64,000 nt of DNA, taken from Alphaproteobacteria bacterium (GTDB lineage Bacteria; Pseudomonadota; Alphaproteobacteria; SP197). Numbering within the stretch: the first letter of the stretch is position 1; each line of letters starts with the position of its first letter. Below the pieces are notes generated by a model that did not search any database, was not told the origin of the DNA, and saw nothing but the letters and a program-made list of their open reading frames with translations. Both the position numbers and the translations under genes were made by a program. The stretch is from NCBI GenBank assembly GCA_965228895.1, contig OZ245842.1, positions 4,800,001-4,864,000 of the forward strand, written 5' to 3'. Shown here piece by piece: positions 26,513-36,091 of this stretch.

Positions 26513-27196
26513 TTACGGCGCGGAACCCGGCTTGTGGTAAAAGACGAGGTACCGCCAGAACGGTGATCGGAAGTCCTCGAATTCGTTGTAGGGCCAATAG
26601 CCCCAGCCGGTGCTGTAGCCTTCGGCCTTGCCGCCTTCCATCACCCTCTCTTCGACAAGGCTGCAGTCCGTGGGGCTGCGTCCTTGTTCGTCGACGATAC
26701 CCTGCTCGGCCGCGAGCTTTTGAGCGACCTTACCGCTGTGGTTCCACAAGAGATCGGTGGGCATCAGACGCAACGCCGGACGTACATCGATCTGATTTGT
26801 GCCAAAACGCCGAACGGAGTCCGGACCCAGCCATGCCACAAAGAAATCATAGTACGCATCCGTCGCCTCGACCGTCATGGGCCCCATGAGTTCCTGTCGC
26901 GGATACCCTTCCTCGCTCCAACACAACGGTCTAAAGGTGGCCCAGCCATGGGCAAACCAGACCACGTGGAAGACGACGATCCAGGGCAAGGCAAAGGCGA
27001 CCCAAACGACGCGCGGCGGCGTCAGAAGCCAATGCATGAAACGCCAACACCAGACAAAACCGCACCCGACCAGTCGGAACGGTTCGAACGCGATCAGAAG
27101 CGGCAGGGCCAGAAACATGATCGCCGGTTTCGGCCGTCTACAGGCCGGTCCATCTTCTCGTTTAGGCGAGCCGCGCTCCTGAGATTCGTCTGGCAT
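26513..27196 (-). CDS. Putative immunity-like membrane protein, locus 2 paralog 1
   Basis: Tandem duplicate of 25813-26496; starts 2 nt after the lead-gene stop. Confidence 0.7.
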   Translation of the reverse strand: MPDESQERGSPKREDGPACRRPKPAIMFLALPLLIAFEPFRLVGCGFVWCWRFMHWLLTPPRVVWVAFALPWIVVFHVVWFAHGWATFRPLCWSEEGYPRQELMGPMTVEATDAYYDFFVAWLGPDSVRRFGTNQIDVRPALRLMPTDLLWNHSGKVAQKLAAEQGIVDEQGRSPTDCSLVEERVMEGGKAEGYSTGWGYWPYNEFEDFRSPFWRYLVFYHKPGSAP

Positions 27197-27198
27197 CG

Positions 27199-28437
27199 CT
27201 AGGAGTGATGCCGGTCAAGGTCACGCCACGTAAACGTCGACAGCTCTGGGGCGGGAACCCCGTCGCGCAGCACGATCGTGCCAATCAGTTCCGCGAGGTG
27301 GCGCGATCGGAGTTTGAACTCGGCTGCCGGGCCCAATCTGGCAAGCGACTTCAGGTTAATGTTGGTTATCGTCGGTCCGTCAGAGAAGAACGTCGATACA
27401 AACATCGCCGTGAATCCTACGCCTTCAAAGTCGTAGGGTTCGTCTAGTTCAAAGGACACGACTCCGCTGACGTGGATTTCGTCTCCTTGTCGTTCGAATT
27501 GAAGCTGACCATAGCCTTTGATCTGCCCCGTTCCAAAGACAAGGGAGCTATCCAGATTCTCCTGGTTGATGAGATCGCGATCGAACGTTCTGGACCACCA
27601 GACGCTACTTCCCTCTCTCGGTTTGCCGATTTCAAGCACCTCTCCATCGGCAAGCTCCATGAAAGGCGCACCGATTGACTTGTCCTCCTCCAAACCGACT
27701 AACCAGTCTGTGAAGAGACTTCGCACCTCTACTTCGGCTGTGGCAGCGGGACCGTGGTCGCGGACCGTCGACCAGTCCAGGCCGACCACGCCACCCACTC
27801 CATCCAGGTAACGGCGCAGGTACTTCACCGCCATCGTCAAACCACGACGCTCACCAGCTCTAAGCAAGCCCTCGACGCCTTCGGCGATATGTCGGATCCT
27901 CTGCTCTCGTTCGGCCTTTGCGCTTCCCGCCTGTGGACCGCGAGGGAAGATTTGGCGTTCTTGCTTCAGGCCCGTTTCATCGGCATCTGTGTCCGGTTGA
28001 GCTTGGGCGGCCTCTGCGGCGACCTTGCGCTGCCGCAACTGCCCAGTGCCATCATCAAGACTGGCTCCGTCTCCCGAACCTCTCTGACGAGTTCGCCTCG
28101 CACGCGTAACGTCGGATGATGGAGTAACGGGCCGCTCAACCTCTTCCCCCCGCCTGATCCGCCGCTCGCGGTCGCGGTCGAAAGGTTCGAGGTCGGTGAC
28201 GAAGACATCGGGGCGGCCGATCCTGAGGCCCTCGCGCGGCTCGCCGGAGGGATCGTCGTAGACGCGGCGGTATTGGCGCTGGACGAAGTGGCGGTAGTCC
28301 GGGTCGTTCTTCTGGTTGCGCTCGTCGGTCATCAGCAGACGCAGATCGGCGCTTAAGCGCCGTTCGGTCTCGTCGGGGGTCTCGTTCTTCTTCTTGCGGC
28401 GCGGATGGGGCCGGAGGGGATCGTGCTTGAAACGCAT
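27199..28437 (-). CDS. Lead protein of locus 2: conserved N-terminal module + linker + putative colicin-M-like toxin domain
   Basis: ATG 28437 (MRFKHDPL, GAGG RBS) aligns with MPQRDDPL of 7462-8841; 412 aa. Confidence 0.65.
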   Translation of the reverse strand: MRFKHDPLRPHPRRKKKNETPDETERRLSADLRLLMTDERNQKNDPDYRHFVQRQYRRVYDDPSGEPREGLRIGRPDVFVTDLEPFDRDRERRIRRGEEVERPVTPSSDVTRARRTRQRGSGDGASLDDGTGQLRQRKVAAEAAQAQPDTDADETGLKQERQIFPRGPQAGSAKAEREQRIRHIAEGVEGLLRAGERRGLTMAVKYLRRYLDGVGGVVGLDWSTVRDHGPAATAEVEVRSLFTDWLVGLEEDKSIGAPFMELADGEVLEIGKPREGSSVWWSRTFDRDLINQENLDSSLVFGTGQIKGYGQLQFERQGDEIHVSGVVSFELDEPYDFEGVGFTAMFVSTFFSDGPTITNINLKSLARLGPAAEFKLRSRHLAELIGTIVLRDGVPAPELSTFTWRDLDRHHS

Positions 28438-28460
28438 GGATGCCTCGCGTGTCAGGCTAC

Positions 28461-28475
28461 GTTCAGTGGATGTTC
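28461..28475 (-). promoter_or_regulatory. Alphaproteobacterial LexA (SOS) box
   Basis: GTTC-AGTGGAT-GTTC on +, 23 nt before ATG 28437; a TATCAT -10-like hexamer lies just upstream on the coding strand. Confidence 0.8.
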
Positions 28476-28630
28476 CGACTCCATGATACACCTCTTTAAG
28501 GGGAAAAAGCGCCTTAATATGCAATCTTACTGAATTCTGGATTCGGAATGGGACGCAAACGTGGCGCGGGCGTGACCCTTTGCGGGCCGCTTGCCCGCAG
28601 GGCGCGGGCTCTGTCATGCTCGCGCCCGTC

Positions 28631-29788
28631 ATGACGACGGACACGACGGATATCTTCGACCCCGCCCACTACGCGGCCGTGCGCCGGCCGGTGCTGGAGG
28701 CCGGCACCCTGCCCGCCTGGTGCTACACGTCGCCGGCCTTCTTTGAACGCGAGCGCGAGCGGGTGTTTCTGAAGGGCTGGAACTTCGTCGGACGGGCCGA
28801 CGAAGTGGCGGAGACCGGCGCCTACCTGGCGGTCGAGACGCCGGGCGGGCCGGTGCTGCTGGTGCAGGACAACGCCGGTGAGCTCCGCGCCTTCGCCAAC
28901 ACCTGCCGGCATCGCGGCGCGCGGCTGTTGACCGGCAGTGGCACGTGCCGGCGGCTGGTCTGCCCCTATCACGCCTGGACCTACGATCTGGATGGCCGTC
29001 TGGTGGGCGCGCCGGGCATGGACGCGACGGCGGGTTTCGATACCGCCGACTGGCCGCTGACGCCGGTCCGGCTTGACGCCTGGCAGGGCTTCCTCTTCGT
29101 CTGTTTCTCTGAGGCCACGCCGCCGCTCACCGAGTATCTGGGCGACCTGACCGTGCAGTTGGGCAGCTACAGTTTCGACGACCTCGTGACGACGCGCCGG
29201 GTCGACTACGACGTCCCCTGCAATTGGAAGCTTCTGGCCGAGAACGCCATGGAGGCCTATCACACGGGCACGGTCCATAGCGCCTCGCTCGGCCAGCAGG
29301 TGGGCGAGCAGGTCGAGACCGCCGGCCATTGGGACGCGCTCTTCATCGCTCAGGAAACCAGCATCGCCGTGCTGCCGGGCGAGACCGCGCCCTTCCCCCA
29401 TATCCCGACGCTTGAGGGGCGCGCCAGGGAAGGCACGTTCTTCACCATGCTGCATCCCAACACCCAGCTTGCCTGCACCCAGGATGCGCTGTGGTGGTCG
29501 ACCTTCCGCCCGGTCGCCGCCGACCGCACGATCCTCCATGTCGGCCAGTGCTTTCCGCGCGCGACGGCAGCCCGGCCGGACTTCGCGGCGAAGGTGGAGC
29601 CTTACTACCGGCGCTGGGACAAGGGCATCGAGGAGGATAACGCCATCGGCGCCGAGCAGCAGGCGGGCCTGATGTCGGCGCTGCGCACGCCCGGGCGATT
29701 TTCGGAGCGCGAGACGGCGATACACAGCCTCGCCAACTGGATCGTCGACCAGGTCATCGACGACGGCCAGGCGACCCGGCGCATCTGA
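28631..29788 (+). CDS. Rieske non-heme iron oxygenase alpha subunit
   Basis: CRHRG...CPYHAW; NWK..AEN..EAYH...VH. Confidence 0.9.
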   Translation: MTTDTTDIFDPAHYAAVRRPVLEAGTLPAWCYTSPAFFERERERVFLKGWNFVGRADEVAETGAYLAVETPGGPVLLVQDNAGELRAFANTCRHRGARLLTGSGTCRRLVCPYHAWTYDLDGRLVGAPGMDATAGFDTADWPLTPVRLDAWQGFLFVCFSEATPPLTEYLGDLTVQLGSYSFDDLVTTRRVDYDVPCNWKLLAENAMEAYHTGTVHSASLGQQVGEQVETAGHWDALFIAQETSIAVLPGETAPFPHIPTLEGRAREGTFFTMLHPNTQLACTQDALWWSTFRPVAADRTILHVGQCFPRATAARPDFAAKVEPYYRRWDKGIEEDNAIGAEQQAGLMSALRTPGRFSERETAIHSLANWIVDQVIDDGQATRRI

Positions 29789-29804
29789 CGGCGACAGCGC
29801 ATTC

Positions 29805-30737
29805 ATGGTCTCCAAGCTTCCCCGGCACACCATCATCGCGACCCTGGTCGGGCTCGGCGCGATCTGCTTGTGGTCGACAGGCGGCCCGCTGCTGACACTG
29901 ATCCCCGACTTCCCGCCCTTCCAGTTGATGGCCATGACCTTGGTGACGTTCTTTCTGGTCATGGTGCCGATCTGGCTGGCGCGCGGCCAGTCGGTGACGG
30001 CAAAGTTCAGGATGCCGCTCAAGGTCTGGCTGGTCGGCATCGCCGGACCCTGGGGCTACACGATCTGCTTTTTCATCTCCTACCAATTGATCACGCCAGT
30101 CCATGCCAGCCTTCTGTTGTTGAGCTGGCCGGTGATGTTGCTGCTGGCGAACGCCCTGCTGCGCGACCGGCGCATCCGTTGGTGGCACGGGCTGGGCGCG
30201 ATGGCGGGATTTGGCGGGGCGATCCTGCTGATCCTGTCGCGGCAGTCAGGCAGCGCGGTCGATGAAGCGCCGTTGCTCGGTTACCTGATCGCCGCCGGCG
30301 GCGCGATTTGTTTTGCAGTCTATTCGTTTTGCCGCAGCGGCTGGCCCGAGGTGGCGACCGATGCCGGGTCCCTGTTCTGCCTGGGCGGCGCGGTATTGAG
30401 CGTGCCCATCCATCTGATCTTTGAAACCACGGTCATGCCGTCGGCGATTGCCTGGACCGTCATCGTCGCCTTCGGCCTGGGCAACGTCGCGGCCGCGTTG
30501 TTCGCCTGGGATTACGGCATGAAGTTCGGTCAGGTGCGTTCGCTCGTCGCGATGAGTTATCTGATCCCGCTCTTCACCGCGTTGATCCTGATCGCCATCG
30601 GCGCCAGCCCGTTCACGGTGGCGGCGGCGGTCGCCTGTCTTTTGATCATCGGCGGCGCCTTCATCGGCTCGCGCGACCTCTTCATGACGACGCCGGCGAC
30701 CGTTCAGTCGCGGGCGCCGAGGAAAGCGTCCATGTGA
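29805..30737 (+). CDS. DMT/EamA transporter
   Basis: ~10 TM segments in two repeats. Confidence 0.8.
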   Translation: MVSKLPRHTIIATLVGLGAICLWSTGGPLLTLIPDFPPFQLMAMTLVTFFLVMVPIWLARGQSVTAKFRMPLKVWLVGIAGPWGYTICFFISYQLITPVHASLLLLSWPVMLLLANALLRDRRIRWWHGLGAMAGFGGAILLILSRQSGSAVDEAPLLGYLIAAGGAICFAVYSFCRSGWPEVATDAGSLFCLGGAVLSVPIHLIFETTVMPSAIAWTVIVAFGLGNVAAALFAWDYGMKFGQVRSLVAMSYLIPLFTALILIAIGASPFTVAAAVACLLIIGGAFIGSRDLFMTTPATVQSRAPRKASM

Positions 30738-31363
30738 AACCGGGCCTGGGCCGGCACATAGACAGCATCGCGCCCGACCGGACAGGCGCGCCGCGCCCGA
30801 CAGCCGAGGTCCAGGCAATCGGCGCCTTCGGGCGTGCGCAGATGGCCGGCGCATGCTTCGACGTCATAACGTTCGCCATCGAAGGCGGCGACCGGACAGG
30901 TCGTCAGGCACGGTTTGTCGGCACAGCTTTCGCACGGGCTGGGCCGGTCATCGCGTTCGGGCAAGCCTTCGACCTCATGGTCAAAAGCAAGCGCGCCGCG
31001 ATAGGCGTGCCAAAGCCCGTGCTCGTGATGGATCAGCATGCCGATCGGTGACGGATAAACCGCCTCGGCGCGCTGCGCCCAGCGTTGGAACGGCAGCCAA
31101 GGCGGACCGTCGAACGGGTAATGCGGATCCGCACCGAGCCGTTGCGCCACATCGTCCAGCACCGCGCGCGTCCATCGGTTCATGGGATTGGGACCATCGG
31201 TCCGGGCGGCTTCGAAGACCGGCCACACATCCGGGCCCGCATTGCCGACCATGACGAGACAGTGGGGATCGCCGGGAACGCCATCCTCGCCAACCGGGCG
31301 AAAGCCGCCGCGTGCGATCAAGCCAAACGGGCCAAGCGCTTCGACGATGGTCGCGTAACGCAT
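30704..31363 (-). CDS. 4Fe-4S ferredoxin-like protein
   Basis: LPFQRWA, GLWHAYRGA, CESCADKPCLTTCP, CRARRACP. Confidence 0.8.
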   Translation of the reverse strand: MRYATIVEALGPFGLIARGGFRPVGEDGVPGDPHCLVMVGNAGPDVWPVFEAARTDGPNPMNRWTRAVLDDVAQRLGADPHYPFDGPPWLPFQRWAQRAEAVYPSPIGMLIHHEHGLWHAYRGALAFDHEVEGLPERDDRPSPCESCADKPCLTTCPVAAFDGERYDVEACAGHLRTPEGADCLDLGCRARRACPVGRDAVYVPAQARFHMDAFLGARD

Positions 31364-31371
31364 GACCGCGC

Positions 31372-31971
31372 TTAGGCGGGATCGCTCGGCACGGTACCGG
31401 CCATGGACGGGCGTTTGGAAAACGCCTCGTACCAGGCCGCAAGCTTGGGCCGGCCTTCGCGCCAGTTCAGGACGCCCAAGCGAAAGTCGACATAGCCCAG
31501 CGCCGCACCGACCGCGATGGTCGAAAGGTCGACCGTGTCGCCCATGCCGTCGGCCTCGGCTTCGAGCTGGTCGAGGGCGCGGGTGATCTTGCCCTTTTGG
31601 CGATCGACGGCGTCGGACCATTGTTTGTCGTCCGGCCGACGGCCTTCCATGACGCAGGCCAGGCCCGCCTCCATGATGCCGTCGGCGAGCGCGTGGCGGC
31701 ACAGCACGGTGCTTCGCTTGTCCGGGTCAGCGGGGATCAGCTCAGGCCCATCGCCCCGACTGTCCAGGTGATCGCAAATCACCATGCTGTCGAAGAGCGC
31801 CTGGCCGCAATCGGAAATGAGTGCCGGCACCTTTTCGAGCGGATTGTCGCCGGCCAGGCCGCCCATATCACCGGCAGCGACAAATTCGATCTTGTCGGCA
31901 AGGCCCTTCTCGTGGGCCGCGATCATGACCTTGCGCACGAAAGGCGAGGTCTGGCTGTAGTAGAGCTTCAT
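31372..31971 (-). CDS. Glutathione S-transferase
   Basis: SPFVRKV, NPLEKVPAL, DSMVI. Confidence 0.9.
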   Translation of the reverse strand: MKLYYSQTSPFVRKVMIAAHEKGLADKIEFVAAGDMGGLAGDNPLEKVPALISDCGQALFDSMVICDHLDSRGDGPELIPADPDKRSTVLCRHALADGIMEAGLACVMEGRRPDDKQWSDAVDRQKGKITRALDQLEAEADGMGDTVDLSTIAVGAALGYVDFRLGVLNWREGRPKLAAWYEAFSKRPSMAGTVPSDPA

Positions 31972-31992
31972 GGTGATAGTCCCTGATGAACC

Positions 31993-32132
31993 CTAGAGCG
32001 GGTCGTTGTTAGGTAGAACCGCTGAACGGTTCCACCTAGCAACGTGAATCCGCTCTCTATCTATGAGTAAAGCAGATTCTCCCGATTAGATGGCATCGCA
32101 AAGCGATTCCATCAAACCGGGATCTGCTTTAG
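31993..32132. repeat. CTAG-bounded 140-bp palindromic repeat, family A
   Basis: Close match to 37508-37647; two internal hairpins. Confidence 0.88.
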
Positions 32133-32208
32133 GAGCGTGACACTACGCCGGTGCGCGGCCGGTGTCAGGCGGTCCGTCACGCAAGTCTGCCATGTTATGG
32201 TGGCGGTG

Positions 32209-32925
32209 ATGTTTCAGGACGTGGCCGATCTCAATGCCTTTTACAGGAGCCGCCTGGGCCAGACCGCCCGGCGCGTCGTGCTGCGGCGTGTCCGGACTTT
32301 GTGGCCCGATCTTTCCGGTCAGCGGCTGATGGGCCTGGGTTACACCATGCCCTATCTGAGGGTCTTCAACGGCGAGGCCGAACGGGTCCTGGCGTTTTGC
32401 CCGGCGGCCCAAGGCGTGATCCGCTGGCCCGAGGACGGCCCGGCCCAGGTCAGCCTGATCGATGAGGACCAGATCCCGCTCGACGACGAGAGCATGGACC
32501 GCATCCTGCTGGCCCACGCGGTCGAAAACAGCGAACGCCAGCGCGACATGCTGCGCCAGGTATGGCGCGTCCTGGCGCCGGGCGGTCGTCTGCTGGTGGT
32601 CGCCGCCAACCGCCGCGGCATGTGGGCGCGCGTCGATGCGACACCCTTCGGCCACGGCCACCCGTATAGCGAACACCAGCTGGACCGGCTGCTGCGCGCC
32701 AGCATGTTCACGCCGCTCAGGACCGAGCACGCGCTCTATGTGCCGCCGATCCAGCGCGGCCTGTCACTGTGGTCGGCACCGGCCTGGGAACGCCTCGGCC
32801 AGAGCTGGGGGCTACCGCTGCCCGGCGTCGTGATGATCGAAGCGTCGAAGCAGATGTACGGCGCCCTACCGGCCGGCGGCCGTCGTAGCGCTGCCCGGCT
32901 CCTGGTGCCTGCGGGTGCCGGTTAA
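32209..32925 (+). CDS. Class I SAM-dependent methyltransferase-like protein
   Basis: FYRSRLG, GLGY, WRVLAPGGR, TPFGHGHPY. Confidence 0.85.
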   Translation: MFQDVADLNAFYRSRLGQTARRVVLRRVRTLWPDLSGQRLMGLGYTMPYLRVFNGEAERVLAFCPAAQGVIRWPEDGPAQVSLIDEDQIPLDDESMDRILLAHAVENSERQRDMLRQVWRVLAPGGRLLVVAANRRGMWARVDATPFGHGHPYSEHQLDRLLRASMFTPLRTEHALYVPPIQRGLSLWSAPAWERLGQSWGLPLPGVVMIEASKQMYGALPAGGRRSAARLLVPAGAG

Positions 32926-33512
32926 CTGAAATCGCCGGCCAGCGCGTCGCGGGTCGCAGCGCTCAGCGTCGCGGCGTGGCTGTAGTTCTCGTGATCGATC
33001 TCCAGCGTCACCTTGGCGGCGGGATCGCGGAATGCGGCGACTTCCGCATCGCTGAACGGGAAACTCAGGAAATGCACCGATGACGTCTTGCCGTCGGGCG
33101 TGTTGCGCTCGGCATCCTGCAGCGGTTGCGCGGCGATGCGGTGATCGCCGACCACCATGAAGATCTTCTCGTCGATCCAGCCAAGGCGCTTCAGCTGCGC
33201 GTCACGGCGCACGGGGTCCTCGATCTCGATCATCATGGTGCAGGTCAGATTGCGGCCGCCCGGCACCAACGGATTATAGGCATCCAATTCGTCGGCAATC
33301 TGGTCCTCACCACCCTTTTCGATGTGCAGCATCTCGTGGATCTGATGCCACATGGTCTCGCGGCTCTCGAAGTAGAACGAGACGAACGGGCCGACATCGA
33401 TCCGGCGATGCTGCTTGATCTCCCGGAACTTCTTGCGGTGTTCGCGACGGTCGCGGGCGTAGTCCTCGCTCGCCAGGATGTCGTCGCGGGTGATTGGCTG
33501 CGCTGCGGTCAT
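32922..33512 (-). CDS. DUF3501 family protein
   Basis: QIHEML..EK, ELDAYNPL, GKTSSVHF; downstream of rubrerythrin and Fe-S oxidoreductase. Confidence 0.85.
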   Translation of the reverse strand: MTAAQPITRDDILASEDYARDRREHRKKFREIKQHRRIDVGPFVSFYFESRETMWHQIHEMLHIEKGGEDQIADELDAYNPLVPGGRNLTCTMMIEIEDPVRRDAQLKRLGWIDEKIFMVVGDHRIAAQPLQDAERNTPDGKTSSVHFLSFPFSDAEVAAFRDPAAKVTLEIDHENYSHAATLSAATRDALAGDFS

Positions 33513-33532
33513 GGTGTTCCTCGATTCTCTTG

Positions 33533-34882
33533 TTAGACGCCGCAAGCCTTGGCCATCAGCTCGACCGGATGGCATTGGCGCGGCGCCGGTGTCGTGCGCC
33601 CGTCCAGCATGTCGACGCCCTGCTGCACATGAAGCGAGGCGAGCGGACATTCCGAGGCGATCCAACCGGTGCCCTCGGGGTCGTTCTTGTTGGCGTCTCG
33701 GATAACCGGCTTGCCGATCTTCATGCCGATCTCGAAGTTCTGTTTCTTGATGCCCCAGGTCCCGCCATGGCCGGAGCAGCGTTCGATCACCTTGACCTCG
33801 GTGTCGGGGATCAGCCGCAGCATCTCGGCCGCCTTGGCGCCCATGTTCTGGGCTCGCGCGTGACAGGCGATGTGGAGCGTGATCGGACCGTCAAGGGATT
33901 TGAGATCGCCGGCCAGACCGTGGGTTTTCGCAATATCCACGATGTATTCGCTGGCGTCGCAGGTCGCCTCGGCAAGCGCCTGGACATCCGGGTCGTCGGG
34001 CACGATCAGCGGCCACTCGAACTTCATCATGAGGGCGCAGCTCGGCACCAGCGCGATCACCTTCTTGCCCGCCGCGATATGCGGTTTCATCGCCGCCGCG
34101 ACGGTCTTGGCGCGTTTGGTGACCTCAGCCAGGTTGCCCTGCTCCATCTGCGGCATGCCGCAGCAGACGGGATAGAGCACTTCCGTCTCGACACCGTTGC
34201 GCGCGAGAATGCGGCGCACGGCCTCGCCGATCTCCGGTGTGTTGTAGTTGGAAAAACAGGTCGCGTAGATCACCGCCTTCTGACCGAAGGCGGGCGCGTC
34301 TTTGTTGATCTCCAGATGATCGGACTTGGCTTCGCCCGCGAGCGTGCCGTGGGCGTATTTCGGCAACGCGGCGTCGCGGTGGATGTTGCAGACCTTTTCC
34401 AGGATCGGCCGGGTCAGCCCGTTGCCGCGCCTCGACCCCCAATTGGCAAGGCCCGCGACCTTGGTCGCCAGCTTGCCGTTGCCGTCGGTATCCGCCAGCT
34501 TCTTGTCCCAAAAGCTCGTCTCACCGCGCTGAAACTCGGCGACCCGGGCGCGCAGCATCAGATGCGGGAAGTCGAGATCGAACGCGTGTGGCGGCACATA
34601 GGGACACTTGGTCATGAAGCACATGTCGCAGAGCGTGCAGGCTTCGACGACCGGCGCGAAATCCTTGCTGTCGACGGTATCGAGTTCGCCTGATTCCGAC
34701 TCATCGATCAGGTCGAACAGGCGCGGGAAGGAATCGCACAGGTTGAAACAGCGCCGGCAGCCGTGACAGATGTCGAAGACGCGCCTTAGTTCCGCGTCGA
34801 TCTTGTCGGGATCGGTGAAGTCCGGGTTCTGCCAGTCGATGACATGACGCATAGGCGCGCCAAGACCGCCTTCCTGTGACAT
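33533..34882 (-). CDS. Rubrerythrin-associated Fe-S oxidoreductase (GlpC/Hdr-like)
   Basis: CHGCRRCFNLC, CTLCDMC..KCPY, CCG domains. Confidence 0.88.
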   Translation of the reverse strand: MSQEGGLGAPMRHVIDWQNPDFTDPDKIDAELRRVFDICHGCRRCFNLCDSFPRLFDLIDESESGELDTVDSKDFAPVVEACTLCDMCFMTKCPYVPPHAFDLDFPHLMLRARVAEFQRGETSFWDKKLADTDGNGKLATKVAGLANWGSRRGNGLTRPILEKVCNIHRDAALPKYAHGTLAGEAKSDHLEINKDAPAFGQKAVIYATCFSNYNTPEIGEAVRRILARNGVETEVLYPVCCGMPQMEQGNLAEVTKRAKTVAAAMKPHIAAGKKVIALVPSCALMMKFEWPLIVPDDPDVQALAEATCDASEYIVDIAKTHGLAGDLKSLDGPITLHIACHARAQNMGAKAAEMLRLIPDTEVKVIERCSGHGGTWGIKKQNFEIGMKIGKPVIRDANKNDPEGTGWIASECPLASLHVQQGVDMLDGRTTPAPRQCHPVELMAKACGV

Positions 34883-34944
34883 CTGAAGGTCCCTTCCCCG
34901 TCAACGGGGCCGCGAGTCGTGGTGTCGAAGATTGGTGATCTGAG

Positions 34945-34971
34945 GTGGGGGCGACCTTAAGGCCGCCCCAC
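34945..34971 (-). terminator. GC hairpin downstream of rubrerythrin (terminator or RNA-stabilising stem)
   Basis: GTGGGGGCG-ACCTTAAGGC-CGCCCCAC; no clear U-tract. Confidence 0.4.
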
Positions 34972-34993
34972 GCCTTCAGACCATCACGGCCAC

Positions 34994-35413
34994 TCAGCCG
35001 TCGAGGGTATCGAGCGCCTTCTGGAAACGGCCGGCATGAGACTTCTCGGCCTTGGCCAAGGTCTCGAACCAATCGGCGATCTCGTCGAAACCTTCATCGC
35101 GCGCGGAGCGCGCCATGCCCGGGTACATATCCGTGTACTCGTGGGTTTCGCCGGCGATCGCAGCCTTGAGGTTCAGGTCCGTGGCGCCGATCGGCTCACC
35201 GGTCGCGGGATCACCGACCTCCTCGAGAAACTCCAGATGGCCGTGGGCATGACCGGTCTCACCTTCGGCGGTCGACCGGAACACGGCGGCGACGTCGTTG
35301 TAACCTTCGACATCGGCTTTTTGTGCGAAATAGAGATAGCGGCGGTTGGCCTGGCTTTCGCCAGCAAACGCATCTTTCAGATTCTGTTCGGTCTTGGAAC
35401 CGGCAAGCGCCAT
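34994..35413 (-). CDS. Rubrerythrin (short aerobic type)
   Basis: [34 protein letters not shown]. Confidence 0.92.
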   Translation of the reverse strand: MALAGSKTEQNLKDAFAGESQANRRYLYFAQKADVEGYNDVAAVFRSTAEGETGHAHGHLEFLEEVGDPATGEPIGATDLNLKAAIAGETHEYTDMYPGMARSARDEGFDEIADWFETLAKAEKSHAGRFQKALDTLDG

Positions 35414-35483
35414 GGTCGTTCTCCCTGTAGGCCGTCTGACAAAAATGAGCTTGGCGTCCAGACACACTGGCGCCTCTTGATTA

Positions 35484-35500
35484 TTTAGAATTGCTCTAAA
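35484..35500. promoter_or_regulatory. Irr binding site (ICE box)
   Basis: TTTAGAA-TTG-CTCTAAA vs consensus TTTAGAA-N3-TTCTAAA, upstream of rubrerythrin and next to irr. Confidence 0.8.
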
Positions 35501-35549
35501 GTAATGTCAAGACGGCTCGCCCGGTTTTTTCACCGGCGGGAGCGATTTG

Positions 35550-35972
35550 TCAGTCGTCGGTCGGGGAGATCCTGACGACAACATCGACCTGTTCGATAGC
35601 CATGCCGTCAGGCGGCGTTGGCAGCGAGCCGACGGCAACATGGTCGCCGGGAATGTCGATCAGTTCCTGATCGACCGTGTTGTAGAAGTGATGGTGGTGA
35701 CCGGTGTTGGTATCGAAGTACGAACGCTGCGCATCGACCACGACCTGGCGCAACAGGCCGGCCTCGGTGAACTGATGCAGCGTGTTGTAGACGGTCGCGA
35801 GCGACACCCTGACACCCGACTCCACGGCTTCGCGATGGAGCACCTCGGCGGTCACGTGCCGGTCGCCGGCGCCATACAGCAGACCCGCGAGGTCGCGGCG
35901 TTGGCGCGTCGGACGCAGACCCGCATTGCGCAGGCGCTGGTCCAGATCATGAAGGGTCAGATAAGCGGACAT
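35550..35972 (-). CDS. irr: Fur-family iron response regulator Irr
   Basis: GLRPTRQR, SLATVYNTLHQF, YFDTN..HHHHF. Confidence 0.88.
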   Translation of the reverse strand: MSAYLTLHDLDQRLRNAGLRPTRQRRDLAGLLYGAGDRHVTAEVLHREAVESGVRVSLATVYNTLHQFTEAGLLRQVVVDAQRSYFDTNTGHHHHFYNTVDQELIDIPGDHVAVGSLPTPPDGMAIEQVDVVVRISPTDD

Positions 35973-36091
35973 GGCTCAAATATAAGAACGTTCTTTGGAA
36001 TTACTATAGAAAACGACGGGATCGTGACCGCTGACACTCGTTTCGACCGTTTGGGCGCCGATTCTGTGCTGATTCGCACAGTTTTTGCGGT

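Noticed and set aside
28438-28644. 69-aa N-terminal extension of the locus 2 lead gene
   Set aside because: It would cover the LexA box and promoter and overlap the divergent Rieske gene; the paralog aligns from ATG 28437.
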